Positions 29,531 to 40,500 of a stretch of DNA of 64,000 bases are shown in pieces. This stretch comes from a virus (Duplodnaviria; Caudoviricetes). The stretch is taken from IMG/VR virus record IMGVR_UViG_3300031088_000782, positions 192,001 through 256,000 of that record; one strand, given 5' to 3'. The translations under genes and the position numbers were made by a program. The notes beneath the pieces are model-generated. The model was given only the letters and a program-made list of their open reading frames with translations, was not told the DNA's origin and ran no database searches. Numbering within the stretch: position 1 is the stretch's first letter; the number at the start of each line of letters is the position of its first letter.

Positions 29531-31987
29531 ATGGCAAAACGTAAAAAGATTACTGAAGATGACATTAAAGAGAAAAAGATTAAATTTGAGAAAATTGCAG
29601 ATAATCTTGAAGAAATTTCAGTAGACAATTTTTTAAAAGATAATTTTCTTCCCTACTCGTGGAGCGTTATTTTAGATCGTGCCCTTACCGACGTTACTGG
29701 ACTCAAACCAGTTCAGCGAAGAATTCTTTACACAATGTATGAAATGGGTCTTTCACCAAACAGTTCACGTTCAAAAGTTGCTACACTTGCAGGTCGTGTT
29801 TTGGCTTACCACCCTCACGGTGACGCATCGGTTTCTGACGCTTTGAAAAACATTGCTCGTCCTCACATTTTCCGCGTTCCGCTTATTGATGGTAAAGGTG
29901 ATTTCGGCTCCCCAGGAACTCCGGGTGCAGCTGCTCGTTATATTGAGGCACGCTTGAACAAAGCAGCTTGGTTAAATGTTGAAGATATTGCAGAACATGC
30001 TACCCGTATGGTTCCCAATTATGATGATAGCACAGTAGAACCCGTTGAGATACCCGTAAAATGGCCTGTATCAATCGTAAATGGCGGATCTGGTATCGCG
30101 GTGGGATATGCAGCTAATATGCCCTCTCACAACCCCACAGAGATTATGAAGGCATGTAAAGCTTTGTTGCGTAATCCTGATATGACTGATGAAGCTTTAA
30201 GTAAGATTGTTCTCGGTCCCGATTTCAATATGGGTGGAACAATTACCTCTAATGACGGGATTAAACAATACTTGAAAACAGGTAGTGGCTCATTTAAGAT
30301 TCGCGCTAATTATGAAGTGACTCCGGGTGCAAGAAACTCTCATCGTATCGAATTCTATGAAATTCCATTCGGTACTTATCCTGAAAAAATTATTGAGGAA
30401 ATTCAGAAACAATCAGATAAAGGTAAATTTGCTGAAATTTCCACGTATAAAGATCTGTCTGATTTGAAGCATCCTATTCGAGTGATTATTGATACTAAGC
30501 CCAGCTCTAATTACAAAAAGGTTCTTCAAGACTTGTTCAAATACACCAGTCTTGAAACCAGCTTCTCTTCAAATATGACAACAGTTGTTGAGAACAAGCC
30601 TGTTCAGTCATCAATGAAAAATCTTTTGTTGAACTTTATCGAATTCCGCAAAGAATGTATTGCCAACAAAACCAAATATATTCTTCCTAAACGAGAGAAT
30701 CGTCTGCACCTTATTGAAGGTTTGTTGAAGACTCTTCTTGACATTGACAAGGCTATTAGTATTATTCGTAAGTCTGACAATACTGAGATTGCAAACGAAA
30801 AACTTCAGAAAGCTTTCAAACTTGACAAAGATCAGGCTGAGTATGTTTTGTCATTGCAGTTGCGTCGTTTGACAAAGATGGACAGTGTTGCTTTGAAAAA
30901 CGAGAAAAAAGATTTGGTTGATGAAGTCAAGTATTTGAACAGTCTTCTCTCTGATTATGATGTTTTGCAGTCATATCTTCTTGATGAATTTGACAATACA
31001 TTGAAGGTTATCGGTGATGAACGTAAGACAGAAATCAATTCAATGTCTGCTGAAGATTTTGCTGAATCCGAAAAGAGCATTGTTAAAGAGTTGAAGAACT
31101 TGGATAAGAATCTTCCTTGCTATATCACTCGTTTTGCTAATGGTGGAATTATGAAAACTTCTGAACCTTTCACTTACATGCAGGGTGCAAAGAAGTTGGC
31201 TAACTCTCCTATTATTGAACAAATCAAAATGAATACTCAAGATTTTGCTGTTATTATCGGTAGTGATGGAATTGGGCATAAGGTTCCTTTGTCTCACATT
31301 TTCGAAGACAAACTCTGCACCCCTAAAGATATGGGAATCACTATTGACAAAGGCGTGCGAATTGTTGGTGTAGCCAAGTATGCAAGTATGAAGTCTGACA
31401 TTGGAATTGCTATTGGAACAAAGAATGGTGGAGTTAAAATTGCTAAGACTGATTTCCCGAAGGGTGGCGAAGAATTCCCGGTAATCACTCTTGATGATTC
31501 TGATGAGGTTGTTGACACTCGCTGGTTGGGTAAAGCCTTAACAGGAAGCTATTTCACTTTCGTTTCTAAAGCCGGAAATATTCTTGTGTTTGATGCGAAA
31601 ACCATTAGAGCATCAGGTCACAAAGCGGGTAGCGTTAAGGGAATGAAACTCAAAGGCGATAAAGATGAGGTAATCCACTTTGGTTTGATCAATGATATCA
31701 AGAATTCTGATAATATGCTTGTTACTTATTCTGGAATAACTATTAAGAGCACACTTATTTCAGAGATTCCGACAAAGAATAAAGGTGGCATGGGTGTTGC
31801 TACTCAGATTTTCAAGAGTGGTGAAACTGAACTTAAAACTGCTTATGCAGGTTTGAATGTAGCTACCTGTGTCAATAAATCTACACATAACACTATCTCT
31901 GTCCCGCCAGTTCAGAAACGTTCTGCAAGGGGTACTGATTTTAATATTGACATAATTTTGGGAACGTCAGAACCCGTTATTATGTGA
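29531..31987 (+). CDS. gyrA: Type IIA topoisomerase A subunit (GyrA/ParC-like)
   Basis: GLKPVQRR, YHPHGD, AAARYIEARL (catalytic Tyr), GSGIAVG, GPDF, beta-pinwheel C-terminal blades. Confidence 0.92.
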   Translation: MAKRKKITEDDIKEKKIKFEKIADNLEEISVDNFLKDNFLPYSWSVILDRALTDVTGLKPVQRRILYTMYEMGLSPNSSRSKVATLAGRVLAYHPHGDASVSDALKNIARPHIFRVPLIDGKGDFGSPGTPGAAARYIEARLNKAAWLNVEDIAEHATRMVPNYDDSTVEPVEIPVKWPVSIVNGGSGIAVGYAANMPSHNPTEIMKACKALLRNPDMTDEALSKIVLGPDFNMGGTITSNDGIKQYLKTGSGSFKIRANYEVTPGARNSHRIEFYEIPFGTYPEKIIEEIQKQSDKGKFAEISTYKDLSDLKHPIRVIIDTKPSSNYKKVLQDLFKYTSLETSFSSNMTTVVENKPVQSSMKNLLLNFIEFRKECIANKTKYILPKRENRLHLIEGLLKTLLDIDKAISIIRKSDNTEIANEKLQKAFKLDKDQAEYVLSLQLRRLTKMDSVALKNEKKDLVDEVKYLNSLLSDYDVLQSYLLDEFDNTLKVIGDERKTEINSMSAEDFAESEKSIVKELKNLDKNLPCYITRFANGGIMKTSEPFTYMQGAKKLANSPIIEQIKMNTQDFAVIIGSDGIGHKVPLSHIFEDKLCTPKDMGITIDKGVRIVGVAKYASMKSDIGIAIGTKNGGVKIAKTDFPKGGEEFPVITLDDSDEVVDTRWLGKALTGSYFTFVSKAGNILVFDAKTIRASGHKAGSVKGMKLKGDKDEVIHFGLINDIKNSDNMLVTYSGITIKSTLISEIPTKNKGGMGVATQIFKSGETELKTAYAGLNVATCVNKSTHNTISVPPVQKRSARGTDFNIDIILGTSEPVIM

Positions 31988-32033
31988 TTAGATAAAATTG
32001 AAGTATATAATTAAATATTGATTTTATTAGTTT

Positions 32034-32075
32034 ATGCAGCTACACAATCACAAACAAAAGATTGTGTAGCTGCAT
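32034..32075 (+). terminator. Hairpin after gyrA
   Basis: 16-bp arms atgcagctacacaatc / gattgtgtagctgcat. Confidence 0.7.
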
Positions 32076-32119
32076 TGATATTCAACCCTATATACTTTAT
32101 ATTTCCGAAGGGTTTATTG

Positions 32120-33007
32120 ATGAAAATATTTACACACTTTAAAGAATCTTTTTTGAAGCGACAGAGAAATGAAGATGGATTTATGGGATATACTCATGCT
32201 TTGAGTGCTTTGGCTGTTGTTATGATGCTGTTAGCTTTTGTTCCTATGTTCGTCCCTAAAATCGTCGGAAATGAAAATATATGGGTTATCTGCATGTTTG
32301 TATTGGGGACAATCGGAGCAAGCATGATTCCAGATTTGGATAACAGTACTTCTCGCGCAAAAAGCGATTTAGGTATTTTCGGTATAGCTATCAGCGGATT
32401 CTTCCGTGTCTCATCAACAATTATTCAAACAACTATCAGAACAAAACGTGATGATCCCGACCCTAATCCTCACCGTGGATTCTGGCACACTATCCCAGCC
32501 GCTCTGTTTCTTGGACTCTTAGCTTATTTAGCAACTCTTGTCAAAGGCGAAATAAACATCCCTGTATTCGGGGCTATGACTTGGGGAACAGTTTTTGCTA
32601 TGTTGATTGTTGCCATTTTGATTCACCTAACCTTGTCAACACTGTTCAAAGAAGCTATGGACAAATTGAAAAAATCAGAATTTGTTGGTGAATTTATTGC
32701 TTTATTGATTTCTTTAAGTATTGCTTTCACATTGTTCTTAAATATTCCAAAAAATGAAAGTTTTTGGTGGGTTGGAGTATCCGTTGCTTTAGGCATGATT
32801 ATCCACGATTTTGGAGATGCGTTTACAAAAAGCGGAAACGTCCTGCTTTTTCCTTGTTCTGCATTTCTGAAAGGAAAATTTTGGTGGACAACGAGATTTA
32901 CTCATATGAAAGCTGGAGGAACAGCCGAAAAAATGCTTGTTGTTCCTATTTGTGTGATACTTACCTGTGTTGCAATTGTTAAAATGAGTATAGAATATTT
33001 TAGTTGA
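32120..33007 (+). CDS. Inner-membrane metal-dependent hydrolase (YdjM-like)
   Basis: THA, PDLD, HRGFWH, HDFGDAFT motifs with TM helices; start taken at ATG 32120. Confidence 0.8.
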   Translation: MKIFTHFKESFLKRQRNEDGFMGYTHALSALAVVMMLLAFVPMFVPKIVGNENIWVICMFVLGTIGASMIPDLDNSTSRAKSDLGIFGIAISGFFRVSSTIIQTTIRTKRDDPDPNPHRGFWHTIPAALFLGLLAYLATLVKGEINIPVFGAMTWGTVFAMLIVAILIHLTLSTLFKEAMDKLKKSEFVGEFIALLISLSIAFTLFLNIPKNESFWWVGVSVALGMIIHDFGDAFTKSGNVLLFPCSAFLKGKFWWTTRFTHMKAGGTAEKMLVVPICVILTCVAIVKMSIEYFS

Positions 33008-33039
33008 TTAATTATTTATTATGTCAGTGAGTAAAGAAA

Positions 33040-34428
33040 ATGAGAAAACAAAACTATCAAGAAGTGAAATTCTTAGAAAAATATTGGAATAATGAAAAGA
33101 ACAATATAGATCTTATTAATGCTAAACTTGAGAACAAATTTATGTATTGGTGGTTTTGTCAAGATTTTGATCATTCTTTTGAAAAAACTATTCGCTCAAT
33201 GGAGAAGAATCAATCTTGTATGGTTTGCATTGGAAAGCAATTATTGTCTGGATTTAATGATTTCGAAACTGCTGGTGTTGAATATATGCATGAATGGGAT
33301 TATGAGAAAACCGTTGTTCAGCCAAACGAAATTCTTAAAAGTTCTAAAACATTAATTTGGTGGAAATGTAAGCTAAATCATTCTTGGCAAGCGAATACTC
33401 AAGATAAAATAAGAAATCGTGGTGGTTGCCCATATTGTGCAAATCAAAGGTTATTAAAAGGATTTAATGATTTAGAGAGTCAATACCCAGAATTAACTGA
33501 GGAATGGGACTTTAATAAAAATTCATTAAAGCCAAGTGAGGTTAGGTATTCGAGCACTAAAAATATTAGCTGGATTTGTAAAAACAATCATCAATGGGAT
33601 ACTGCTCCTTTTAATAGAACAAACAAGAAAAGATGCTGGAGTTGTCCTTATTGCACAAATAGAAAAGTTTTAAAAGGGTATAATGATTTAGCAACTACTC
33701 ATCCTCATATGATTGAACAATGGGACTATGCGAAAAACAAGATAAATCCTACTGAACTCACTTCTGGATCAAATAAAAAAGTTTGGTGGTTATGCAGAAA
33801 ATTTAATCATTCTTGGATTGTATCTATTAATGAAAAAACAAGATATGATTGCCCCTATTGTGGTAAGCAAAAAGCACTAAAAGGATTTAATGATCTAATT
33901 ACTACTCATCCAGAAATTATTCAATATTGGGATTACGAAAAGAATATTTTAAATCCTGATGAAATTAGTGCTGGATCAGATAAAATAGTTTGGTGGAATT
34001 GTGATTGCGGAAATAATTTTAGTCAATCTATCTACAATAGAACTAAAAAACAATATAGTTGCAACCGCTGCTCTTATCAAGGTTCTTCTCAGGGTGAAAA
34101 AGATCTGTTTAATTTTATAGAATCTTTGTTAAATGATGATGAAATTATTTTGAGTAATGTTAGGTCAGTCATTACTCCTTATGAATTAGATATTTATGTT
34201 CCTCATTTAAATATTGCTTTAGAGTATAATGGAACTTATTGGCATAGTGATGAAGTCATTCAGAATAATCATGGAATGTCTTCTGACGAGTATCATTTGA
34301 TGAAAACAGAGTTGTGCAATGATTTAGGAATCAAGCTTTTGCATATTGCTGAAGAAGATTGGACTAATAACAATTCTGAGTTGAAAAATCTTGTTGAAAG
34401 TTTCGTTAATTCATCAAAGATTGTTTAA
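33040..34428 (+). CDS. Homing-endonuclease-like protein: tandem treble-clef zinc ribbons plus Vsr/EDxHD-like nuclease
   Basis: Repeats of EWDY.KN...WW.C...H.W...R....CPYC; PYELDIYVP...LEYNGTYWHSD. Confidence 0.8.
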   Translation: MRKQNYQEVKFLEKYWNNEKNNIDLINAKLENKFMYWWFCQDFDHSFEKTIRSMEKNQSCMVCIGKQLLSGFNDFETAGVEYMHEWDYEKTVVQPNEILKSSKTLIWWKCKLNHSWQANTQDKIRNRGGCPYCANQRLLKGFNDLESQYPELTEEWDFNKNSLKPSEVRYSSTKNISWICKNNHQWDTAPFNRTNKKRCWSCPYCTNRKVLKGYNDLATTHPHMIEQWDYAKNKINPTELTSGSNKKVWWLCRKFNHSWIVSINEKTRYDCPYCGKQKALKGFNDLITTHPEIIQYWDYEKNILNPDEISAGSDKIVWWNCDCGNNFSQSIYNRTKKQYSCNRCSYQGSSQGEKDLFNFIESLLNDDEIILSNVRSVITPYELDIYVPHLNIALEYNGTYWHSDEVIQNNHGMSSDEYHLMKTELCNDLGIKLLHIAEEDWTNNNSELKNLVESFVNSSKIV

Positions 34429-34567
34429 TATTTTCAATTTTTTGTGTTAAATATATATTCTGATATTAAATTTGCTGCTATTTTGTGTTGTTGATCACTA
34501 TTGGTTAACTTCGTATAGTTTTTATATGTTAATTCTATGGTCTCTTATACCAAAGTGAGATAATTTA

Positions 34568-37500
34568 ATGAAAAATAAATTTTTTAACAAAGTTGTTGGA
34601 ATCGTTTTATCATCTAGTGTAATTCTTACGGGAATTATTAGTTCTCCACCAGCTTTCGCAGAAGAAAGCAGTTCAAATCAAGCACAATCAAGCAATAATA
34701 ATTCTCAACAATCAGATCCTATTGTCTACCCTAAAATAACTAGTTTCTCAATAATTAAAGAAAAATCTGATACAGTGTCGTTTTCTGTAAAGATTAGTGA
34801 AGATTTACAAACAAACAACAATACTCTTTATCTTTACAAAAAAGGAGATTCTAATATTGTTCAAGAAGTTTCATCTTCTTCAAACAAAACAATAGAATTA
34901 ACAATTGACCGACCGAAAACAAATATTGTTGAATACTATGTTTCTGTAGGAGATCAAAGATCAAAAGATTTAGCTGTTTATCCTCTTGAAAATAATGATA
35001 AATGGGGACTACAAGCTACTATAGACAAAACCTCTTTTTCAACATCTGATACAGTTTTGCCTAAGATAAGCTGGACTACGAAAACATACTCTAATGGAAA
35101 AAGTATTTATCTTGTTGATCAAGACAATAATGTAATTAAAAAGAATGGTTCAGGATTTGGAACTTCAGGAGAAATTTATATCAACACATTTTTCAATGAT
35201 TCTAAAACTTTTAAACTATATATTGCAGATTATACATCTTCTTCAGGTATTAAATTATCTCAGCTAAATGGTGTTGTTGCTTCAAGTAACGAAATGACCG
35301 TATATACTCAACCTTGGAATATTACAGGAAGTGTGGATTTAGAGGAATATTCTACGAATAATCCGAAACTTACCTTCACTTCAACATTAAATCAAAAAGT
35401 CGGCGGAAATATTGGAAATTTTCTTGTTGAGGAAAATTCTGGAAATGTTGTCAAACAAGTGTCATCTTCTTCTAGTTTAACTCAAAAAACCGAAATTGCG
35501 CCTAAATACTTGAATGAGAAAAATAATTATAAATTTTATGTTGCAAAATATTCTGGAACTATTACTAATAAAAATCAGTTTGAAGAAATTAAAGCTGAGA
35601 GTAACATAATGAAAACAAAGGCTCAAGAATGGGAAATTCAATTATCATCTAATTCTTATGTTTTTTATACTGAAGATAAAACTCCGCAATTGACAGTTAA
35701 AGCGAATCAACCATTTGGTGTAGGAAATAGCGGTAAAACCTTATATCTTGTTGATATGAACACAAATAAAATTCATTACATTACTCCGGGCGGAAAAACT
35801 GATAGTCAAAATTTGAACATACGAAGATTCTACACAGGATCAGGTAAATACAAAGTCATCATGAGTGATTTTGTATTTATGGGAGGAAATGGTTTTGACA
35901 TCAATATTGAAGATTTAGAACAAGATATAATCGCAGAAAGCAATATAATCACAATTGAACGCGGACCTTGGGAAATATACACTAACAAAATAGTTACATA
36001 TGATGATAACAATAAAGATGGATACAAAAATGTACGTGTAGGGTGGACACAAAATCAACTTCAATATGACTCAAACTGGAGCACAGACTATGGAGTTGAA
36101 GGACGATATCATTTTTATTTGTATGATAAAAAAGATAATAAAGTTGTTGGATGGGAAAGTTTATCGGCAATGGGCGGATCTATATACCCTAGATTTACAG
36201 AAGGCGGTATTCATAAATACGGAGTTGTACTAGCTGAACCTAATAGTGATTATCATAACAGAACTATTTATTATGATGAGCTAAAAGACATACAAGCAGA
36301 AAGTGATACTATAACTGTCAAACCTTCTAAATGGAATGTAAGCATTTCTAGTATTGAAGAAAAAAATTACAACTCTTCACACAATCAGACGGCTATAACA
36401 TATGTTAGCAATAAAACCATATCTTCAACAGGAGATTATTCAGTTTATTTTGTTAATGGAGTAACAGGTGATGTTTTGTCTAGCACAACAAGCAGCGCTA
36501 GAACAGCCTACGTTTTAGTTCCAAAAAATTATAATGGCACATATGTTATATATGTTGCTGACAGAAATGGCGCTAAAAATGTCTCTCAAATGACAAATAT
36601 AAGAGCAGTTAGTAATAGCTCTTACGCAAACGAATTAAATGGAGATTCAGGCATTAATTACGAAAGAAACACTCGATTTACTGGTGGCGGAAATCCATCA
36701 TCTTCTGATTGTGATCAAAATTGCTACGGTGATCCTGTCAATTCTTATAATGGGGAACTGTTTGAAAATAATGAAGACTTAACTATTGATGGAACATCTC
36801 CGCTTATTTTTTCAAGAAATTATTCAACTATTAAAAAAGACAAATTAGGTGCTTTTGGTTATGGATGGGATTTCAACTACAACATGAGAATAGAGGGAGA
36901 GTCAAGTAATCTATCCGACTCTCCTTATTTATCAATAATTCAAGAAAATGGCTCAACTGTCGTATTTGCTAAAAATGATAATGAAGAATTAGGTGATGAA
37001 GAATACCTTGTTGCTCCATCAATGAAAGTCAAACTTCGTCACAACGAAGATGATAACACTTTTGAGTTCGAAAGAAAAGATGGGACTATTTTTGTTTTTG
37101 AGGAAAATACTGGATTATTGAAATCACAAAAAGATAGAAACAATAATAGAATAGAAATCGAAAGGAATTCAAGCCACAAAATAACTAAAATAAAAAATTC
37201 TGACAATAGTTTAATTAATGTTGAATGGAATTCTGATGATTTAATTTCTTCAATAACTGACGGGATTCATACTGTTGATTATTCTTATAATTCGAACAAA
37301 GAATTAATTTCTGTTGATAACTCAATAATAAATAATAATAAAGAATATACTTACTATTCCGATCATAAGATTCAAAAAATAATTCATCCTAATGAAGGAG
37401 TTTATGAAACTTTTTATGATTCAAATAATAGAGTTGTTAAACAAATTGACCCTAAAAATAAAGAAACTAAATTTGAATATTCTGGAACTTCAAGAATAAT

Positions 37501-40500
37501 TACATTACCAGATGGAACAATTAATAAAGACATTTATAGCGAAAAAGGATTGCTTACATCACGGTCATTAGCCTTTGGAACTTCTGATGTGACAACATAT
37601 AGTTATGGATATGATTCTTCAAACAATCTTACTTATATAAAGTACCCTAACGGGAAAACCATAAGTTATTCGTATGATTCTAACGGGAACCTAATGTTTT
37701 CAAAAAATTCAAATGGTGGAGTTTTCAGATTTTCTTACAATAGCAATAACCTTTTGACAAAAACTATTAATCCTTTTGGAAAAATTTCTACAAATAAATA
37801 TGATTCTAATGGAAATATTATCGAATCAACAGACTATAATGGAAAAACAACAAAATTTGATAATGATTCAAAAGGAAGATTAGCAAAAACTCAATTGCCA
37901 AACGATTTAGAGACAACTAAATTTACAACATACAATTATAATAGTAATGGATTAGTTAATAAAACTATTGATACTTTGGGCAGAGAATCTGAAGTATCTT
38001 ACAATAACGCCAAGAATATGTCTAAGATAATCGATCCTATGGATAACGAAATCAAATTTGAATATTTTAACAACAATGCGGAAATGGTCAAGAAGATCAC
38101 CTATGAAAACGGCTCTTCTGATAAAAATTATTATGATGATTCTAACCGATTGATAAAAACTATTGGAACAGACGGGAATGCTGTGGAATATACTTATGAT
38201 TTGATGGATAATGTCACATCCGTTAAAAACGTATATGGAACAACATTTTATGAATATGACTCTAACAATAGAGTTATATCTACCACTGATCCTAAAAACG
38301 AAAAAGTAGAATATGAATATAATAAGTTAGGACTATTGACTAAAACTAAATATTCTAATGGATCTCAATTTGTTAATACTTACGATAAACAGGGTCTTTT
38401 AACTGATTCTACTGATGCAAAAGGAAATAAAATTACTTATTCTTATGATGCATCAGGAAATCTTCTTTCTATAAAAGATGCGTTGGGAAATACAGAAACT
38501 TATACGTATGACATTCTCAATCAAACTCTATCTCATAAGACACCAAAAGGATCTTATACTTATTATACTTATGATGATAATGGAAGAGTTGTTTCAACAA
38601 AAGATTCTCTAAATAGAATTACAGAAAACAAATATGATGACAATGGAAATTTGATTAAAGAAATTTACCCTAATAAAACTTTTTCAAAATACGAATATAA
38701 TTCTGAAAATATTCTCAAAAAATCAATTGACAGAGTTGGTAAATACAAAGAATATACTTATGATGATAATGATCGAATTATTGAGTTAAATAAAAATGGA
38801 AAAAAATTAATCAATTACACTTATGATAAATTAGATAATGTTAAGAAAATCAAATATGATAATGAATTTAGCATTGATTATGAATATGATTTAGCTGGAA
38901 AAATTCTTTCATCTCAAAGTTCTAATGATACGAGAACAAATTATTCATATGATTCTATAGGAAATCTAACTTCGCGTGGACCTCCGAATAAAGAAACTAA
39001 TTATACCTATAACAACTATGGAGAAATCACTAGTATTGACTATCCTTCTGGAAAATCAATAAATTATGAATACAATAACTTCTCTCAATTATCTAAAGTT
39101 AAGTCAGGGAGTCGAACTTTAGCTGAATATAATTATGACAGCAATTTTAACAATAATTCTACAACTTTCGGAAATGGAAATGTAGAAACGTATTCATTTG
39201 ATTATTTGAATAGAGTCAATAACATCAATGTCAAAAATTCTGATAATGCATCTCTTTATGAAAGGCAATTGGAATTTGATAAAGACAGTTATATAACCAA
39301 TGCTAAGAGTTTATTTAAAGGTTCTAAAACTGTTGACAAAACTTACACTTACAAACTCAGCGGAACTATTGACTCTGTTAAAAATAATCTTACAAGCAAG
39401 ACAGACAACTATACCTACGACGATTTTAATAATCTGACAAATTTGGGTAGCAGTAGTTTTAATTACGAAAATAATTACAATCTCAAATCTTCTTCAATAA
39501 ATTCAACAAACAAAAATTATGAATATGATGATTTAGGGAACAGAGTTTCTTCTAAAGTGGGGAATAAAGAAAACTCTTACAGTTGGAATATTGATGGAAC
39601 ATTAAAGAATGTCAATATTGATGCTGACACTAATGATGACAACAACCCTGAAAAAGAAATAGATTATACATATGATAATTCAGGTTTACTCAGTTCTAAA
39701 AAATTGAATAATGAATTAGTTGATGAATATGTTTGGGATTCTATTTCATCTGATGTGCCTGTTCTTTTGGAGGATTCATCATACGATTATATCTATGGTT
39801 TAGATTCCACTCCTTTTGCTCAAATTGATAAAGATTCTGGTGAAATTTATTACTTAACTGGTGATGAAAGAAATAGTGTTGTTCTTGCTACTGATAATAG
39901 CGGAAACAGTGTTTTAACGCGAGAATACGATGAGTATGGAAACCTTACACAAGAATCTACTGAAAGTGTCTTAAATGACGATTCTGGGAGTTCCGGAGAA
40001 TCTCAAACCACTGAACAAGAGAATCAAAATGGTTCTGATAATGAAACAGCTGATTTTAATACCAATTTCGGATATGCAGGAGAATACTTAGATAAAGATA
40101 CTGGTTTACACAATCTTCGTTCTCGTTGGTTTGAGCCATCAACAGGATCGTTTTTAAGTGTTGATCCTGCTTTTGATTTGACGAATGATGCTTATGGATA
40201 TGCGAGTGGCAATCCTGTTTCATTTACTGATCCGCTTGGTTTGTGGTCAACTGGTGGGGCTTTGTTAACGAGCGCGGCTGCTATTGTTGATGGTTCGATT
40301 GGTTTGCCTGTTGCTTCTGGCTTGATGAACAGTATGAGTCCTGGAAGTGTTGATAATTGTTCTTCACTGTATAAGGGATTGAGTATTGCTTCTGGTGTTG
40401 GATCAATGTTCATCCCAGGTGGCGGAATAATTAAAGGTGTTGGATTAGGTGTTGCAGTCAGTGTCAAATACGGACCAAAAATCGCCAAAGGGATAAGTAA

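Noticed and set aside
32120-32200. Prepilin-like leader (RNEDG|F) on the YdjM-like hydrolase
   Set aside because: No Glu+5, and the following residues (MGYTHA) are the normal first metal-binding motif of the family
39700-40450. T/G-rich patch in the RHS gene as evidence of a swapped module
   Set aside because: Largely explained by the Gly/Ala/Val/Leu-rich amino-acid composition; no junction repeat visible
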